Part shown: positions 35,411 to 45,558 of the stretch, in pieces
Numbering within the stretch: the first letter of the stretch is position 1
Layout of the letters: every line of letters begins with the position of its first letter
Assembly: GCA_007123775.1 (NCBI GenBank)
Contig: SLGK01000001.1
Coordinates: 2,120-66,119 of the forward strand
Direction of reading: 5' to 3'
From: Anaerolineae bacterium
GTDB taxonomy: Bacteria > Chloroflexota > Anaerolineae > Promineifilales > Promineifilaceae
Length of the DNA stretch: 64,000 nt
The notes under the pieces: model-generated
Told to the model about the DNA's origin: nothing
Databases searched by the model: none
What the model saw: the letters and a program-made list of their open reading frames with translations, nothing else
Made by a program: the position numbers and the translations under genes

Positions 35411-38158
35411 TTACATGGCGCCAGCAAACCAGTGGCGCACCAGCTCAACGCGGAACATGTATCCATCCGCAACGGCCGTAATCAGTTCCCGACGCTGCAA
35501 CCGACTCAGGCTTTCTTCCAGCGCCATCAGGCTGGGAATGTACTCTACCAATCTTTGCCGGGGAACGATCTCACCTGCAGGCGACTGCGCCAACAGACGT
35601 AAGACTTCGCGCCCCACGTTGTCAACCTGATTTTGTTCAATATCGGCAAAAAAGAAGCTGCCATGCGTGAGCGCGGCGGGTACGGCCGTTTCCACATCCG
35701 CCACGGTAGCCAGACGACGCACCGCTGGCTCCTGCTCATTTTTTAGCGCAACCACCTCCGCACAGAGAAGCTGCACCAGGAAAGGGTGACCGGCTGTTAA
35801 GGCCCACACGCGCTCGCTGGCGGCCGTTTCATAGCGCAGGGCAAAGTCATGCACCGGCTGCTCTACCAGTTGGCGCGTTTCCGCCTGGCTCAGGTAGCCA
35901 ATGTGGATTAACTGCACGTTGATCAGGTAGCTGGACCAGCGTTGAAACTCATCGAGCGTGTGCGAGCCGGCAAACAGCACCTTGAAGCGTGGCCGATGCT
36001 GAATCAGGTGGCGCAGCATACCAAGAATGGCGCTTTCGTTGAAACGGCCGTTGGCCAGAGCCGTAGCCAATACCTCAAATTCATCCAGCATCAGCAGGGC
36101 CAGTTGGTCATCCAGCGCCACCTCTACCTCATCCAGCCACTCATCAAAGCGCGTAAAGGGATCGACCGCCAATTCATCCCGTCCCAGCGGCGGGATGGTC
36201 AGAAGCCGCTGCCGCCGGGCCGAACGGGCGATACTACGGCCGATATTGTACAAAAAGCCTACCTCATCCTGCGCTCGTGAAGCCGGTCCCTGCAGGTCCA
36301 CAAACAGGGGCACCACCGTGGTGGGTAACAGGCGGCCCAGATTATTCAGCAGCGACGTTTTGCCCACGCGCCGCTGGCCATAGAGCAATAACGGCGGTTG
36401 ACGACGGTCAACCAACAACTGCTCAATACGGCTGCTGATGTCGGTACGCCCCACAAAAATCTCTTGCTGGTCGGTCAGCGGCACGCCGATGATGTAAGGA
36501 CTATCAATCTCCTGGCGCAGCTCTGCCTCCTCGGCCAACTGCTGCTTTTGCCCGGCCACCAGCCGCCGCCAGCGGGCGGCAATCGGCCGAAACCGAATGG
36601 CATATTCATCATTACTGCGGGTCAGCTCACGCAGCAGACCGTCCAGCCGCTCTTCGGCCGCGCCCAGCGCCAGCCGCCGGTTGTAGATGCTTTCCTGCCG
36701 CAGGGCAGCCTCAATATCGCGGCTGACCCGGCTAAAGCTGCGCAGCAGGGCGCTGGCCGGGCCGGACAATTCTCCGACCGCCACGTCATGATGCACTCGC
36801 CCCACGTCGGCGACCGTCTGGCAATTGGCCATCGTGCGGGCGTCTAGCTCAATCTGAGCGGCCTGCGCTGCCCAACGCTGCCGGCTGGTTGAGAGATAAT
36901 CGAGAGCGGCCGTGCCAAACGACGGCTGCTGTTCCAAAACGAGTAATAGATGACCATCCAGACCCAGCAGCGGCAGCCGTTGAAACTCATCCCAGAAGGC
37001 AGAGTGCCAGCGCAAAAGCGGCCGGCGACCGGCCGCCAGTCGCGGCTCATCCAACTGCCAGAGCAGCTTGTTCCACAGCGCGGTCAGCGGATACAGCACC
37101 ACAGGTCGCCACCAGGCCAGGACCAATCCCAAAAGCAAGCCCAAAAAGCTAAAAACCATCAGCGGCAAAATCGACTGGGGCGAAGCCACCAGCATAAACA
37201 GGCCACCGGCGCCGCCCAGCGAGCCAGCCAACGCACCGGCGGCGGTGCCGGCCATGCGCTCGGCCAGCACATAGGGCAGCGCGAAAAGTGCTGCCAGCAG
37301 GGCGACCAGGGCCAACATTGTCCAGGGACCAGGCAGAGTGACGACATTCAACAGCGTGCCGGCCAGGCTGCCCGCCAGGCCAACAACGGCCCCGCCGGTA
37401 AGCGAATAAATCCAGCGGCCGGTGCGCCCAAAGAGAGCCAGGCCAAAGGGTACGCCAATGGTCAGGGCGGTGGCTAACTGTCCTTCAACCATTGTTACCA
37501 ACAGGCCAAATCCAAGACCGATCAGGCTGCCCACCAACACACCCCCGGTCTGTCGGGTCAAGGAGTATATGCGGCTGACATTGGTAGCCGAACCGGAAAT
37601 ACCGGCAGCCACGGCAAAGGCCAGGCCGCCGGCCAGGCCGCCGGCCAAACCGATCAGCGTGCTGGCTAACAGGTCAAAGGGCAGTTCTGACACCTGTGTC
37701 GAGAAGAGGGCACTGTGGCCTAATGTCATGATGACCGCCGGACCGATAAGAAGGCCAACGGCCATGCCCACGGCAATGCCTACGGGCAAACTGGCCACAA
37801 TACTGACCGCCAGACTGATCACCAGACTGATGCTCACGCCCAGGATGATGCCGGTCAGGGCTGCTGGCGGCGGTGCGCCCGCAAGCCAGGCAAAAAGGGC
37901 CACGACGCCCCCTAACAGCAGCGGCCAGATGAGATAGCTCATCAACAAGAAGCGCCAGACAGACCAGGTTGTCAGATGGCGCAGCGTCAGGTCAGACAGG
38001 GAAAATGAGGGGGACAAGCCAACCTCAAGCCGCTCCAAATGATGCCGCCAGGCCGAGGGATGAACAAACAGCCAAAAAAGGAGTTGCAGGCTACCTATAA
38101 TAAAGCTGCTATGCAGCCGAGGAGCGTCGGTGAACAACTGATGGCCGTTAGGCTTCAT
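35411..38158 (-). CDS. Membrane-embedded P-loop ATPase: N-terminal Gly/Ala-rich polytopic domain plus STAND/Orc-like ATPase plus C-terminal wHTH-like end (subfamily B)
   Basis: About 330 aa of hydrophobic, glycine-zipper-like helices, then a helical region, Walker A GQRRVGKTSLL, Walker B LLMLDEFE, TAGHPFLVQLLC, and C-terminal LSRLQRRELI. The start overlaps the upstream gene by 11 nt. Confidence 0.8.
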   Translation of the reverse strand: MKPNGHQLFTDAPRLHSSFIIGSLQLLFWLFVHPSAWRHHLERLEVGLSPSFSLSDLTLRHLTTWSVWRFLLMSYLIWPLLLGGVVALFAWLAGAPPPAALTGIILGVSISLVISLAVSIVASLPVGIAVGMAVGLLIGPAVIMTLGHSALFSTQVSELPFDLLASTLIGLAGGLAGGLAFAVAAGISGSATNVSRIYSLTRQTGGVLVGSLIGLGFGLLVTMVEGQLATALTIGVPFGLALFGRTGRWIYSLTGGAVVGLAGSLAGTLLNVVTLPGPWTMLALVALLAALFALPYVLAERMAGTAAGALAGSLGGAGGLFMLVASPQSILPLMVFSFLGLLLGLVLAWWRPVVLYPLTALWNKLLWQLDEPRLAAGRRPLLRWHSAFWDEFQRLPLLGLDGHLLLVLEQQPSFGTAALDYLSTSRQRWAAQAAQIELDARTMANCQTVADVGRVHHDVAVGELSGPASALLRSFSRVSRDIEAALRQESIYNRRLALGAAEERLDGLLRELTRSNDEYAIRFRPIAARWRRLVAGQKQQLAEEAELRQEIDSPYIIGVPLTDQQEIFVGRTDISSRIEQLLVDRRQPPLLLYGQRRVGKTSLLNNLGRLLPTTVVPLFVDLQGPASRAQDEVGFLYNIGRSIARSARRQRLLTIPPLGRDELAVDPFTRFDEWLDEVEVALDDQLALLMLDEFEVLATALANGRFNESAILGMLRHLIQHRPRFKVLFAGSHTLDEFQRWSSYLINVQLIHIGYLSQAETRQLVEQPVHDFALRYETAASERVWALTAGHPFLVQLLCAEVVALKNEQEPAVRRLATVADVETAVPAALTHGSFFFADIEQNQVDNVGREVLRLLAQSPAGEIVPRQRLVEYIPSLMALEESLSRLQRRELITAVADGYMFRVELVRHWFAGAM

Positions 38159-39812
38159 CCTTTATCCTTATGAACGGCGCAAGCTGCTGTAGGGCCTCGT
38201 CCCGCCAGGCATCGCTATCATCCCCTTCTTCCAGGGCAAACAGCCGCTCGCGACAAAGAATTTGTAGCAGCACAGGCCAGCCGTCGCTCTGCGCCAAAAT
38301 CCAGGCCACGTCATCGGCGGCAAAGGGTATCGGGGAGCTGCCGATCAGGGCCACCGCCTCCTCCTCGCTAAACGGGCCTAGCGTGGCCATATAGCCGAAT
38401 ATATTAAAGAAGGGAGAACCGTAACCACTGTGCTGAGCCAGTTGGTCGGGTGGTTGGGGACCAGCCATAATAAAACCCAGGTTGCCGCTGACCTGATTGG
38501 TGGCTAACGAGCGCAGGCTTTCCCAGAAGGCATCGTCAAGGTCAGGATAGCGTTGTAAAGCCACGCCGATTTCATCAAGCAAAATAACGGTAGGCTGGCG
38601 CAGATGATCACTGACGGCATCCAGGAAATCTTCCACATAACAAGGATCAGGGACGGGTATCTCCATCTGATTCAGCAAGTAACGCATCAATGGTTCTCTG
38701 CCACCTAAGCGTGGGTCCTGAAAATCGACAAAGATCCAGCGCTGCTGTCCGGGCTGGGGCAGCCAGTCGGCCTTTTGGTCGGGCCGACGCTGAGCGGCCG
38801 ATACCTGGCTGATTGTGTGCAGAAAGCGCAGCAAAGAGGTTTTACCGCTGCGTCGCGGCCCAATAATGGCACCGTTCTGTAAAGGTGGACGCCTGACTAA
38901 ATGGCAGAGCCGCTTCAGCTCTCGCTGCCGGCCGAAGAATTGGGCGGGATGGGTGATAGGCGGACCGGCAATAAAGGGTTGAGAAGGTTGAAAACTGAAA
39001 GTTGTGGGCTGATCTATTACCCCTGGACGTGGTGACGGAGCGTGTCTGGGGTTTTCGTAATTCGTAATGCGTAATTCGTAATTTTCCAATTCGCCGCTGC
39101 GAATTTGCTCACGGAGTTCGCTGGTAGCGGCGGCCGGCTCAACGCCCAGTTCGTCCATCATAATCTGGCGGCAGGTTTCGTAATGTGAGAGCGCCGCCCC
39201 GCGCTGACCGTTGAGCGCCAGAGCCGTCATCAAGTAGCGATGGGCTTCTTCGCGCACGGGGTCCAGGCGGATCATCTGGCGGGCGTAGGTAACGGCCGTT
39301 TCATAAGCAGCCCTGGCCGTCGCGTCAACCACCAGCCGCTGGCAGACAGACAACAGTTCATCTTGCAGAGACAACCGCTGCTGCGCCAACCATTCCTCAA
39401 AAACGGGGGCATCACGCACATAGAACTCTTCCAGAAACTCGCCACGGTAGAGGGCCACCGCCGCCACCAGGTCGTCGGCGGTAGGCTGGGGTGAATCTAC
39501 CAGTTGGCGAAATTGGGTCACGTCTAGCCAATGGTCCGCTTCGCGCTTAAAGCGGAGGCTGTGGCTAGAAATATCCAGGTAAGGGGCCACAAACTGGCGC
39601 AGCTTGAGCAAGTCGCCGCGCAGATTGCGCCGGGCATCACTGTCTGGCAGATCACTCCACAGCAGGTGGGCTAGATATTGACGGGTGTGAGAACGGCCGT
39701 CTACCGCCAGAAAACATAGCAGCGCCTGCGCCTTCACCGAGGCCAGGTCAGACAGCGGCCGATCGGCCAAACTCAGCTTCAATTGTCCCATTAAGGCCAG
39801 CTTTAGTACCAT
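38148..39812 (-). CDS. SARP-type (OmpR-like wHTH plus BTAD) regulator fused to a P-loop ATPase (subfamily A)
   Basis: The N-terminus LMGQLKLSL...KAQALLCFLAV...LWSDLPDSDARRNLRGDLLKLRQ and YRGEFLEE...AHRYLMTALALNGQRGAALSHYETCRQIMMDELGVEP form a SARP/BTAD pattern. Then Walker A IIGPRRSGKTSLL, Walker B VILLDEIG, and SPFFNIF. Confidence 0.8.
   Translation of the reverse strand: MVLKLALMGQLKLSLADRPLSDLASVKAQALLCFLAVDGRSHTRQYLAHLLWSDLPDSDARRNLRGDLLKLRQFVAPYLDISSHSLRFKREADHWLDVTQFRQLVDSPQPTADDLVAAVALYRGEFLEEFYVRDAPVFEEWLAQQRLSLQDELLSVCQRLVVDATARAAYETAVTYARQMIRLDPVREEAHRYLMTALALNGQRGAALSHYETCRQIMMDELGVEPAAATSELREQIRSGELENYELRITNYENPRHAPSPRPGVIDQPTTFSFQPSQPFIAGPPITHPAQFFGRQRELKRLCHLVRRPPLQNGAIIGPRRSGKTSLLRFLHTISQVSAAQRRPDQKADWLPQPGQQRWIFVDFQDPRLGGREPLMRYLLNQMEIPVPDPCYVEDFLDAVSDHLRQPTVILLDEIGVALQRYPDLDDAFWESLRSLATNQVSGNLGFIMAGPQPPDQLAQHSGYGSPFFNIFGYMATLGPFSEEEAVALIGSSPIPFAADDVAWILAQSDGWPVLLQILCRERLFALEEGDDSDAWRDEALQQLAPFIRIKDEA
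39054..39081. repeat. Heptamer array (TTCGTAA x2, TGCGTAA, TTCGTAA) embedded in the SARP-ATPase coding sequence
   Basis: Read on the minus strand it encodes ENYELRITNYE in the linker between the BTAD and ATPase domains. Confidence 0.85.
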
Positions 39813-39833
39813 TTTCTTACGCTCAATTCTGAA

Positions 39834-39888
39834 ATCAACGCCAGATCAACGCTACAGCAACTTTCAATTGGCAAAGGTGTGGTATCAT
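39834..39888 (+). promoter_or_regulatory. 11-bp-phased direct repeats (ATCAACGC x2 plus degenerate copies) with a -10-like TATCAT: candidate SARP-dependent promoter of the Tad-like operon
   Basis: ATCAACGC at 39834 and 39845, AGCAACTT at 39856, ATTGGCAA at 39867 (period 11), then 8 nt, then TATCAT at 39883-39888. Lies in the divergent region between the SARP-ATPase gene and the 40035 operon. Confidence 0.35.
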
Positions 39889-40034
39889 GTAGTCACAGTT
39901 ATCGTTACTCGGTGTTTGGTAACTGGTATCGGAAAACCGATCAAAGCTAACGAACAACATACAACCGGTATCAGTAACAGATAGTAAAGCGTGAGCAATA
40001 AATCGTCAATTATAACCTATAAGCGGATAGTCCT

Positions 40035-42125
40035 ATGATGAACAACAAGCCAAAGGCAACAAATGGTCAGGCCCTGGTTGAATTCGCCCTCATGATTACG
40101 GTCGTGCTAATGCTGATATTTCTAATCATCGAAGCCAGCCGCATTTTGTGGGCCTGGACGACGGTGCAGAATGCCGCCCGTGAAGGGGCACGCTATGCCA
40201 TTACCGGCCAATTCATGGGGCCAGAGTGCGCCGTGCAAGACCTGCCCAAGTTCCAACATATTTGCCAGGACGTCAATCAGACCAAACTGCGGACGGCGGG
40301 CATCATCAGCGTCACCCACCGCGGCCTGTCGGGGCTGCCGCTGGATGAAACCTCAGGCATTATGGAAGATGACAACTACTACATCATTCAAGTATGGGGC
40401 GGCATGGTGACTGCTGATGGTTTGCAGCTCGTGAGTGATTATGGCGGACTGCCGGGCCATCCGGTCGTCGTGCGGGCCATGTATCGGGTGCCCATTATCA
40501 CGCCGTTTTTTAACACCATTGTCCCTTCGGTGCCGGTGGTGGGGCAGGTAACGGAGTACAACGAAAATTTTGGCCAGTTGGGCAACCCTAGCGGTACCGG
40601 TCTTCCGCCTAGTGTGCCACCCGTGCCTACGGCCGGACCTTCACCCACGCCAACCGACACGCCGCCGCCTGACGCCGATCCCACCGAGACACCTACAGCC
40701 ACACCGACGAATACGTGGACTCCCTCTCCCACGCCCGTGATTTGTGGTACGCGCTTTATGCAAAGTCCCCTACAAAACCAGGCTTTTGTGTTGATCACGG
40801 GCGAAGTGGATGAAGAGGTAACGCTTTATAATCTTTCAGATGGCATGGCCGTTTTGGGAACAGCTACTCTGACCAACCCCGGTCCTAATCCAGTACGCGC
40901 CTGTGAAGGCTACACCAACTTTGACAACAGTCTGGCACCGCTGGTAGCGGGCAACATCCTGCTGATTGAAAGCGCAAACGGAACAACCGACCTCAGAATG
41001 GTGCTGGCGGCCGAACCCACGCCGACGCAAACTCACACCCCAACCGTAACGCCGACCTCAACGCCAACGGTTGAGCCGACGGAAACGATGACGCCAACGC
41101 CATCTAACCCCTTCATCAGCGTACGACCCAATTGTGGTCCCGGCCCTAACGTGCAGTTTAATGTTTCCGGCGCCAACTGGCCGCCGAATTCAGACATTGC
41201 CCTCTACTGGAATGTCAGCACGCTGCTCTTAACAATTCCGGCCAGTGAACACAGCGGCTCTTTCTCGCGCTCAATCGTCCGCAATAATGTGGGGCCGGGC
41301 ACCTATACGTTGATGGCCGCGGCCATTGGCGCCGGTCAGGCGACGGATCTTTTTACGGTGCCCTGCTCCGACACGACGCCCGTGCCCACGACGACGGCCA
41401 CGCCGACCAGTACGCCCAATCCGGCTGACCTGATCGTCGTTGGTCCGCCGGAGTTAATCAGCACGCCGCCAATTGTCGCTTACCAACCGGTGCAATATCG
41501 CGTTGTGATTAGCAATACGGGCGATATTGACGTCAACCAGCAGTTTTTTGTTGACCTGTACCTGAATCCGGCCGAGATTTTTCCCATTTACATTCCAGTT
41601 GAGCATAGTTCCGGCTATCGGGCCGTGGGCGGTTTGCCCGGCGGGGCCAGTCGGGTCATCAGCATTACGGCACCGTTTGGCTTCCAAAACGAGCCAACTG
41701 AAAACTGGATTTATGCCATGGTCGACTCGTTAGAGCAGGTGCCTGAGCTGATTGAGGACAACAACATTTCTACACCGGCGTTTTACGACCAGGTGACACC
41801 GGCAGCGACTCCTACGCCGACGTTTACGCCCAGTCCGGGCGGCAACTTCATCAGTGGTGTGGTGCGCCTGGCGGAAACGGGCACACGTCAGAACCGGGCA
41901 CAAATGGCGCTGGCCGATGCGGGCGGCATCATTATCCGGACCACTGAGTCTGACGCCAACGGCTTCTATACGTTTGCCGATGTGCCGGATGGTGTTTATA
42001 CGGTGTACGGTTGTATTCCGCTCGACGGAGGCAGCGCCGGTGGTTCACGAGCCGGCATTTCCGTGCCGCCTTCCAATGAGTTTGCCACCGTTTACTTGAG
42101 CCTGGAGCTACCTTGTTTGCCATGA
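40035..42125 (+). CDS. TadE-like pseudopilin N-terminus fused to a ~620-aa multidomain extension (PT linkers, CARDB-like, CarboxypepD_reg-like)
   Basis: NGQALVEFALMITVVLMLIFLIIEASRILWAWTTVQNAAREGARYA is a TadE-type N-terminus. Pro/Thr linkers. ADLIVVGPP...VVISNTGDIDVNQQFFVDLYLNP is CARDB-like. The C-terminal ESDANGFYTFADVPDGVYTVYG is a CarboxypepD_reg pattern. Confidence 0.72.
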   Translation: MMNNKPKATNGQALVEFALMITVVLMLIFLIIEASRILWAWTTVQNAAREGARYAITGQFMGPECAVQDLPKFQHICQDVNQTKLRTAGIISVTHRGLSGLPLDETSGIMEDDNYYIIQVWGGMVTADGLQLVSDYGGLPGHPVVVRAMYRVPIITPFFNTIVPSVPVVGQVTEYNENFGQLGNPSGTGLPPSVPPVPTAGPSPTPTDTPPPDADPTETPTATPTNTWTPSPTPVICGTRFMQSPLQNQAFVLITGEVDEEVTLYNLSDGMAVLGTATLTNPGPNPVRACEGYTNFDNSLAPLVAGNILLIESANGTTDLRMVLAAEPTPTQTHTPTVTPTSTPTVEPTETMTPTPSNPFISVRPNCGPGPNVQFNVSGANWPPNSDIALYWNVSTLLLTIPASEHSGSFSRSIVRNNVGPGTYTLMAAAIGAGQATDLFTVPCSDTTPVPTTTATPTSTPNPADLIVVGPPELISTPPIVAYQPVQYRVVISNTGDIDVNQQFFVDLYLNPAEIFPIYIPVEHSSGYRAVGGLPGGASRVISITAPFGFQNEPTENWIYAMVDSLEQVPELIEDNNISTPAFYDQVTPAATPTPTFTPSPGGNFISGVVRLAETGTRQNRAQMALADAGGIIIRTTESDANGFYTFADVPDGVYTVYGCIPLDGGSAGGSRAGISVPPSNEFATVYLSLELPCLP

Positions 42126-43435
42126 GATACTTCACTGCGTTGACGCTGCTTGTCTTTCTAGGTTTGTGGTGGCTGTCGCCCGATACGGCAACAACGGCCG
42201 TAACAACCGGCAGTAACGTCCATCCCACCTGGTCAGAAGCGGCCATACTCTCTGACGCGCCTCAGGGCGCCGAGCGGCCCTACATTGCCGCCGGCGCGGG
42301 CGAACGTCTGCTGCTGGTGTACACCCAGATAGACGGTGGCGCAGCCGCGTATCCCACGTACCGCCTGTCTAACAATTTCGGTACGACGTGGACAGCACCG
42401 GCACCCATCTATAACGCCAGTGGCGACTCAAGACAGGTTCACGCCGTTTTGGACCAGAACAACAACGGTCATGCCGTGTGGCGCGAGGGACCATTTGAAA
42501 TCCGCTATGCCGCTCAGTCTGATTGGGGCGGTGCGGTGTCTACGCTGCTCTTTAGCTCAGACGTTGGCGTTCCCAGTTTCCCCAAGCTTGTGGCCAGCGG
42601 TTCCGGCCAACTGGACGCGGTGTGGGCTGGTTTGCGCCTCCCGGAAGATAACAACAGCAACATCTTTCACACTTTTTCGACCAACAATGGGGCCACCTGG
42701 CAGACGGCTTCAGTTGTGGCCAGCACATTACCATCTTCCTTGTTTCCCTCTTTGGCGGTTGGCCCCGACGGTACACGGCACGTTGTCTGGGCCGAAGAAA
42801 CCGCTCTAGGCAATGAAAGAATCATGTATGCGCAGGGCACGGTAGCCGGCTCAACCATCACCTGGAGTGAGGCCATCATCGTCTCTAACCCCAATTTGCC
42901 GTATACCACCAGCCCCACGGTTGTTATGCACAACAACGCCGTACAGGTTTTCTATACCTGGCGCGATGATCAGGGCAACAACGAGGTCTACCAATATATC
43001 TATCTGGCTATTTGCGCCACGAACTGCGCCAACCCGGACAACTGGGTCAGCGCCAGCGGCAACCCGGTATCGGGCACGCTGGTTGGGGCCAACACCAATG
43101 ACCCGTTTTACGTGGAGTCAACGGCCGTTGTCAATCAGGGCTGTCTATACAGTTATTTCCACGGCACCAACCCCACCGACCCCAACGTTAACCAGAACAG
43201 TGAGATCGTGTGGGGCATCAACAGTTGTGGCCTGGGCTGGGACGATGGGCGGGACCAGACGACTGAGTATAACAGCCGTTCACTCTACCCGGCACTGGCG
43301 ACACACGACGACTGGTTGTTTCTGGTCTACGAGTCCGCACCACTGGGCGCGGGCTATCGTCAGGTCCATTTTCGGCGGGCGCAGGTAGACATTGTGCCCC
43401 TTAGCAGGCTGTATTTGCCAATTATCAGGCGGTAG
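42122..43435 (+). CDS. BNR/Asp-box repeat (sialidase-like beta-propeller) protein with N-terminal anchor
   Basis: ATGA overlap with the preceding stop. Hydrophobic N-terminus. Asp-box-like SNNFGTTWT and STNNGATWQ. Confidence 0.7.
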   Translation: MRYFTALTLLVFLGLWWLSPDTATTAVTTGSNVHPTWSEAAILSDAPQGAERPYIAAGAGERLLLVYTQIDGGAAAYPTYRLSNNFGTTWTAPAPIYNASGDSRQVHAVLDQNNNGHAVWREGPFEIRYAAQSDWGGAVSTLLFSSDVGVPSFPKLVASGSGQLDAVWAGLRLPEDNNSNIFHTFSTNNGATWQTASVVASTLPSSLFPSLAVGPDGTRHVVWAEETALGNERIMYAQGTVAGSTITWSEAIIVSNPNLPYTTSPTVVMHNNAVQVFYTWRDDQGNNEVYQYIYLAICATNCANPDNWVSASGNPVSGTLVGANTNDPFYVESTAVVNQGCLYSYFHGTNPTDPNVNQNSEIVWGINSCGLGWDDGRDQTTEYNSRSLYPALATHDDWLFLVYESAPLGAGYRQVHFRRAQVDIVPLSRLYLPIIRR

Positions 43436-43443
43436 GCATTCTT

Positions 43444-44100
43444 ATGAATCGACTTGAGTGGGTTTTAGGCATTTTCTTAGTTGTGCTGCTGCTGGTTATG
43501 GTGGGCCTGGGCATTATGCTCTGGACACAGCCCACCAGCCCCGACGACCTGGCCGCAAGCGGGCTATCAGACAGAGCCGCCCTGGTTGCCCCTACGCCGG
43601 TTTTTCAGGGCGACACGGCCAGGACAGCCTACGCCCGGGCCGAGGCGCAGATTCAAAGCTGGCAGGCTGATGCCATCTTGTTTAGTGCAACAGCCACCTG
43701 GCCCCAGGGTGCTACCATTCAGGAACTAATTGACGGTGCTTCAACCTGGTCCTTGACGTTTTACTCGCCCGCAAACCAGACAGCACGCCCGGCGGCCGTG
43801 GTTGAAGAGCAAGTCACTTTGATGGCCGAAAGCCGCTTTACGGCCGTTCCGGATCTAACTTCTGTGACCGCTTGGGAGATTGACAGCGACCGGGCCGTGC
43901 AAATTTTTCTGGCAGAAGGTGGCCAGGAGTTCATGCGCCAGCATCCGGTCACCACCTTACATATGACGTTGGGGATTGATGCGGAAGACGGCCGTTACGT
44001 CTGGTCGATCTCCTTGCTGGCTGAACTAACTGAAGAAATGTTCAAGATGAAAATCGACGCAGCGAATGGTGAAGTGAGAGCAATTGACTACATCCAATAA
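43444..44100 (+). CDS. Membrane-anchored hypothetical protein (PepSY-like C-terminus)
   Basis: N-terminal TM helix. The C-terminal MKIDAANGEVRAIDY resembles PepSY endings. Confidence 0.55.
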   Translation: MNRLEWVLGIFLVVLLLVMVGLGIMLWTQPTSPDDLAASGLSDRAALVAPTPVFQGDTARTAYARAEAQIQSWQADAILFSATATWPQGATIQELIDGASTWSLTFYSPANQTARPAAVVEEQVTLMAESRFTAVPDLTSVTAWEIDSDRAVQIFLAEGGQEFMRQHPVTTLHMTLGIDAEDGRYVWSISLLAELTEEMFKMKIDAANGEVRAIDYIQ

Positions 44101-44219
44101 ATTGTAACATCGCGCACTCTAATTCGTTAAACCTTTTTAGAGTCAATCTACTTATTTCACTTTTTGTACTATAAATGGTTTTTACACGATTTATAGTACC
44201 ACATCGGAGGCAAAATACG

Positions 44220-45473
44220 ATGAACCAACAACACGAGTACCTTGTTCCCGAACAGAAACAGCGCGGCCAGAGCCTGGTCGAGGTTGCTCTGTTCCTCCCG
44301 ATTCTTATCATCATTATTGCTGGCGTCGTGGAAGTCAGCCAGCTCCTGGTTACCCAGAATCGAGTGACGACCGCTTCGCGGGCAGCGGCTCGTTTTGGGG
44401 CCAATGGCGGTGAGAATGAAGGGATACGCCGCGTCATCATGAACAACGTAACCCAGACGCTAGACCTCAACGAAGCATTGTGGGACATCTGGATCTTACG
44501 GGGGCAGATCAATGAAGCTGGCGACGACATTCTGAACTGGGAGTTTGACCATATTTATGGCATCTCCAATACCGTTCGCTTTGGCGCCGTTGATGAGGCG
44601 ACGCTGCACCAGCGGGTCATTGATGAGCTTAGCGTAGACGGCCGTTCGCCAGCCGACCTGCGTTTTGTGGGCACTTTTGTCCAGCATGACGTGGATACCA
44701 TTCTGGGCCTGAGCGCCCTGCCCGGCCTGGACGGCTTCAACTCTGTGTCGAGCCTCAACGTGATGCGGATTGTCGGCGAAGTGTTAGAAGCGACCCGCGG
44801 CTGTGACGCCTTCCCCATCGCCGTAAAGAGTGACAACCGCTCTATCAGTGGCCCTCCGGGTAGCCAAGGTGGCAACCCTTACCCCAACAGCAACGAATTT
44901 TGGAACCCAAACCCACCCACCTACGATAGCTTTACCCTTCATCGTGACAACGTTGAGTTAGCTAACGCCCGCACAGGCGATCTCTTCCGTATCTGGGATG
45001 GTGGTGGCCCCGGCAACTTCGGCTGGCTGCGCTGGAATCGCGGCATCAACACCGGCTCAGGTGGTAGCAGCGGTACACTCGTAAACAGTCTGAGCTGGCC
45101 CGGCAACAGCAAAGATTACCACAACCATGGTGATGGCGGGCAAGCCGTTGCCGCCGGTATACCCCACGTCGTGCGCGGCTTTGTCGATTACCACGACAAC
45201 ACTGACCTGTCGCTCAACATCGGCAACTGGGTAGCAGCCGGTCCTGGCGTGGTGAATTCTAACGCTGTACGTAATACACTCGCGGACCACGTTGCCAGAG
45301 AACGGCAACTGCGCGTCATTGTTTTCGACAATAAAGAAGGAACAGGTTCCAACGTACGCTATCAGGTTGAACGCTTCGCCGTGTTCCAGCTACATGGTTT
45401 TGATTTACCCGGCAACAACGGCTGGATTCTGGCTGAGTTTATCCGCTGGGATGATTCCTGCGGCCAACAGTAG
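44220..45473 (+). CDS. TadE-like pseudopilin N-terminus fused to a ~350-aa C-terminal domain
   Basis: The ATG at 44220 follows GGAGG. RGQSLVEVALFLPILIIIIAGVVEVSQLLVTQNRVTTASRAAARFGA is a TadE-type N-terminus. Confidence 0.72.
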   Translation: MNQQHEYLVPEQKQRGQSLVEVALFLPILIIIIAGVVEVSQLLVTQNRVTTASRAAARFGANGGENEGIRRVIMNNVTQTLDLNEALWDIWILRGQINEAGDDILNWEFDHIYGISNTVRFGAVDEATLHQRVIDELSVDGRSPADLRFVGTFVQHDVDTILGLSALPGLDGFNSVSSLNVMRIVGEVLEATRGCDAFPIAVKSDNRSISGPPGSQGGNPYPNSNEFWNPNPPTYDSFTLHRDNVELANARTGDLFRIWDGGGPGNFGWLRWNRGINTGSGGSSGTLVNSLSWPGNSKDYHNHGDGGQAVAAGIPHVVRGFVDYHDNTDLSLNIGNWVAAGPGVVNSNAVRNTLADHVARERQLRVIVFDNKEGTGSNVRYQVERFAVFQLHGFDLPGNNGWILAEFIRWDDSCGQQ

Positions 45474-45502
45474 ATTTAACCTCACAAAGTGATTGCAGAC
45501 CG

Positions 45503-45529
45503 GGCAGCCCGCGCCGTACGCGGGCTGCC
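45503..45529 (+). promoter_or_regulatory. Intra-operon GC-rich hairpin
   Basis: GGCAGCCCGCG-ccgta-CGCGGGCTGCC, a perfect 11-bp stem between the 44220 and 45559 genes. The following T tract is weak (TTCGG). Confidence 0.4.
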
Positions 45530-45558
45530 TTCGGCCATTCCCGGCAAGGATTATTGCT

